A stretch of DNA of 32,000 nt from Planctomycetales bacterium (lineage in GTDB: Bacteria > 4484-113 > JAFGCY01): positions 1,500,001-1,532,000 of the forward strand of contig CP060262.1 of NCBI GenBank assembly GCA_022646745.1, given 5' to 3'. The position numbers were made by a program, and so were the translations under genes. The number at the start of each line of letters is the position of its first letter. Position 1 is the stretch's first letter. This document shows, piece after piece, positions 31,465 to 32,000 of this stretch. A model generated the notes under the pieces. That model had not been told where the DNA came from, searched no databases, and saw only the letters and a list, made by a program, of their open reading frames with translations.

Positions 31465-31776
31465 ATGCAAGACCAGACACAGACAGGGAACACGCAGGAA
31501 AACGAGCAGGGACGGATGAGCCCGGGCTTCCTGATCGGCAGCTCATGGATGATCCTGATCCTGCTGACCCTGCTGTTCGGCTATGACGTGAACTACGCGG
31601 CCTTCAGCTCCGACAACCCCTATGTGCAGGAGAAGGTGCAGCCCCTGACCGAGAAGCTCAGCAAGCTCTGCGTGGACAGCGGTCTGCGCAAGCTGCGCCA
31701 GGATGTGGAGGGCAAGGTCTACCCGGTCTACGATGATTCCCCGATCTGGGTGGAGATCGAGGAGCCGGAAGACTGA
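31465..31776 (+). CDS. small membrane-anchored hypothetical protein, possible MBOAT partner
   Basis: 103 aa with one TM segment (SSWMILILLTLLFGY). Its ATG lies 1 nt after the MBOAT stop, suggesting coupling. Confidence 0.55.
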   Translation: MQDQTQTGNTQENEQGRMSPGFLIGSSWMILILLTLLFGYDVNYAAFSSDNPYVQEKVQPLTEKLSKLCVDSGLRKLRQDVEGKVYPVYDDSPIWVEIEEPED

Positions 31777-31901
31777 CGCTGTTTTAACGCCATTTGCGCT
31801 TTTCCGATATTGAACGCTGACCGGCGGGAAACGTCCTGACCGGAGTAATCCCACACCAGGGGGCAGCGGTGCACGGATCCGTCCACCGCTATAATCAGCC
31901 C

Positions 31902-32000
31902 ATGTCCATCAACAGAATCAGAATCACGGCCATGGCCCTGCTTGCGGCGGCCTTCATCATCGCCGGCAACCAGCAGGCGCGTGCGGAAACCAAGACCATC
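31902..32000 (+). CDS. secreted protein, N-terminal fragment (continues beyond the window)
   Basis: MSINRIRITAMALLAAAFIIAGNQQARAETKTI is signal-peptide-like. TATAAT (31890-31895) lies 6 nt before the ATG. Confidence 0.45.
   Translation, partial: MSINRIRITAMALLAAAFIIAGNQQARAETKTI

Noticed and set aside
1-32000. tRNA, rRNA, tmRNA or riboswitch genes in the intergenic regions (1753-1977, 9596-9678, 10990-11088, 20942-21332, 22754-23069, 26697-26862, 29875-30050, 31777-31901).
   Set aside because: I recognised no cloverleaf-compatible stems or conserved T-loop/anticodon features, and no known riboswitch cores. The structures present are simple hairpins, described above.

Overview
This is a GC-rich bacterial chromosomal window of diderm type, with lipobox lipoproteins and a beta-barrel-like protein ending in Phe. 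I saw no rRNA, tRNA, CRISPR array, transposase or integrase. There are four transcription blocks.

- **Block i (1-1752, minus):** the 5' part of a MacB/FtsX ABC permease, which is missing from the ORF track because it runs off the window, plus one hypothetical gene.
- **Block ii (1978-10989, plus):** a secreted ankyrin-repeat protein, a lipoprotein combining dockerin-like loops, a PKD domain and a CocE/NonD hydrolase, two translationally coupled MscS paralogs, and a PKD/cohesin-like lipoprotein.
- **Block iii (11089-22753, minus):** methylmalonyl-CoA epimerase, an ECF sigma factor and a short soluble ZAS-type anti-sigma. These are followed by an operon of about 10 kb.
- **Block iv (23070-32000, plus):** a TPR plus beta-barrel protein, two multi-PKD lipoproteins, an MBOAT O-acyltransferase, a small membrane protein and a partial secreted protein.

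The block iii operon runs in this order: an unannotated 24-aa ORF with its own near-consensus promoter and AAGGAGG RBS, a class I SAM methyltransferase, an ABC ATPase, twelve tandem intact RimJ/RimL-like GNAT paralogs, and an ABC-2 permease.

This operon is the standout. The two halves of one ABC-2 exporter are separated by about 7 kb of diversified GNAT genes, five of which start at an exact 557-nt phase. Three sequence-conserved hairpin elements punctuate the array, and a Cys-rich micropeptide gene heads it. I cannot assign the arrangement to any described system. The function (peptide tailoring versus an acetylate-and-export detoxification battery under leader-peptide control) is inference only. 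All domain calls come from reading motifs by eye, and no searches were run.
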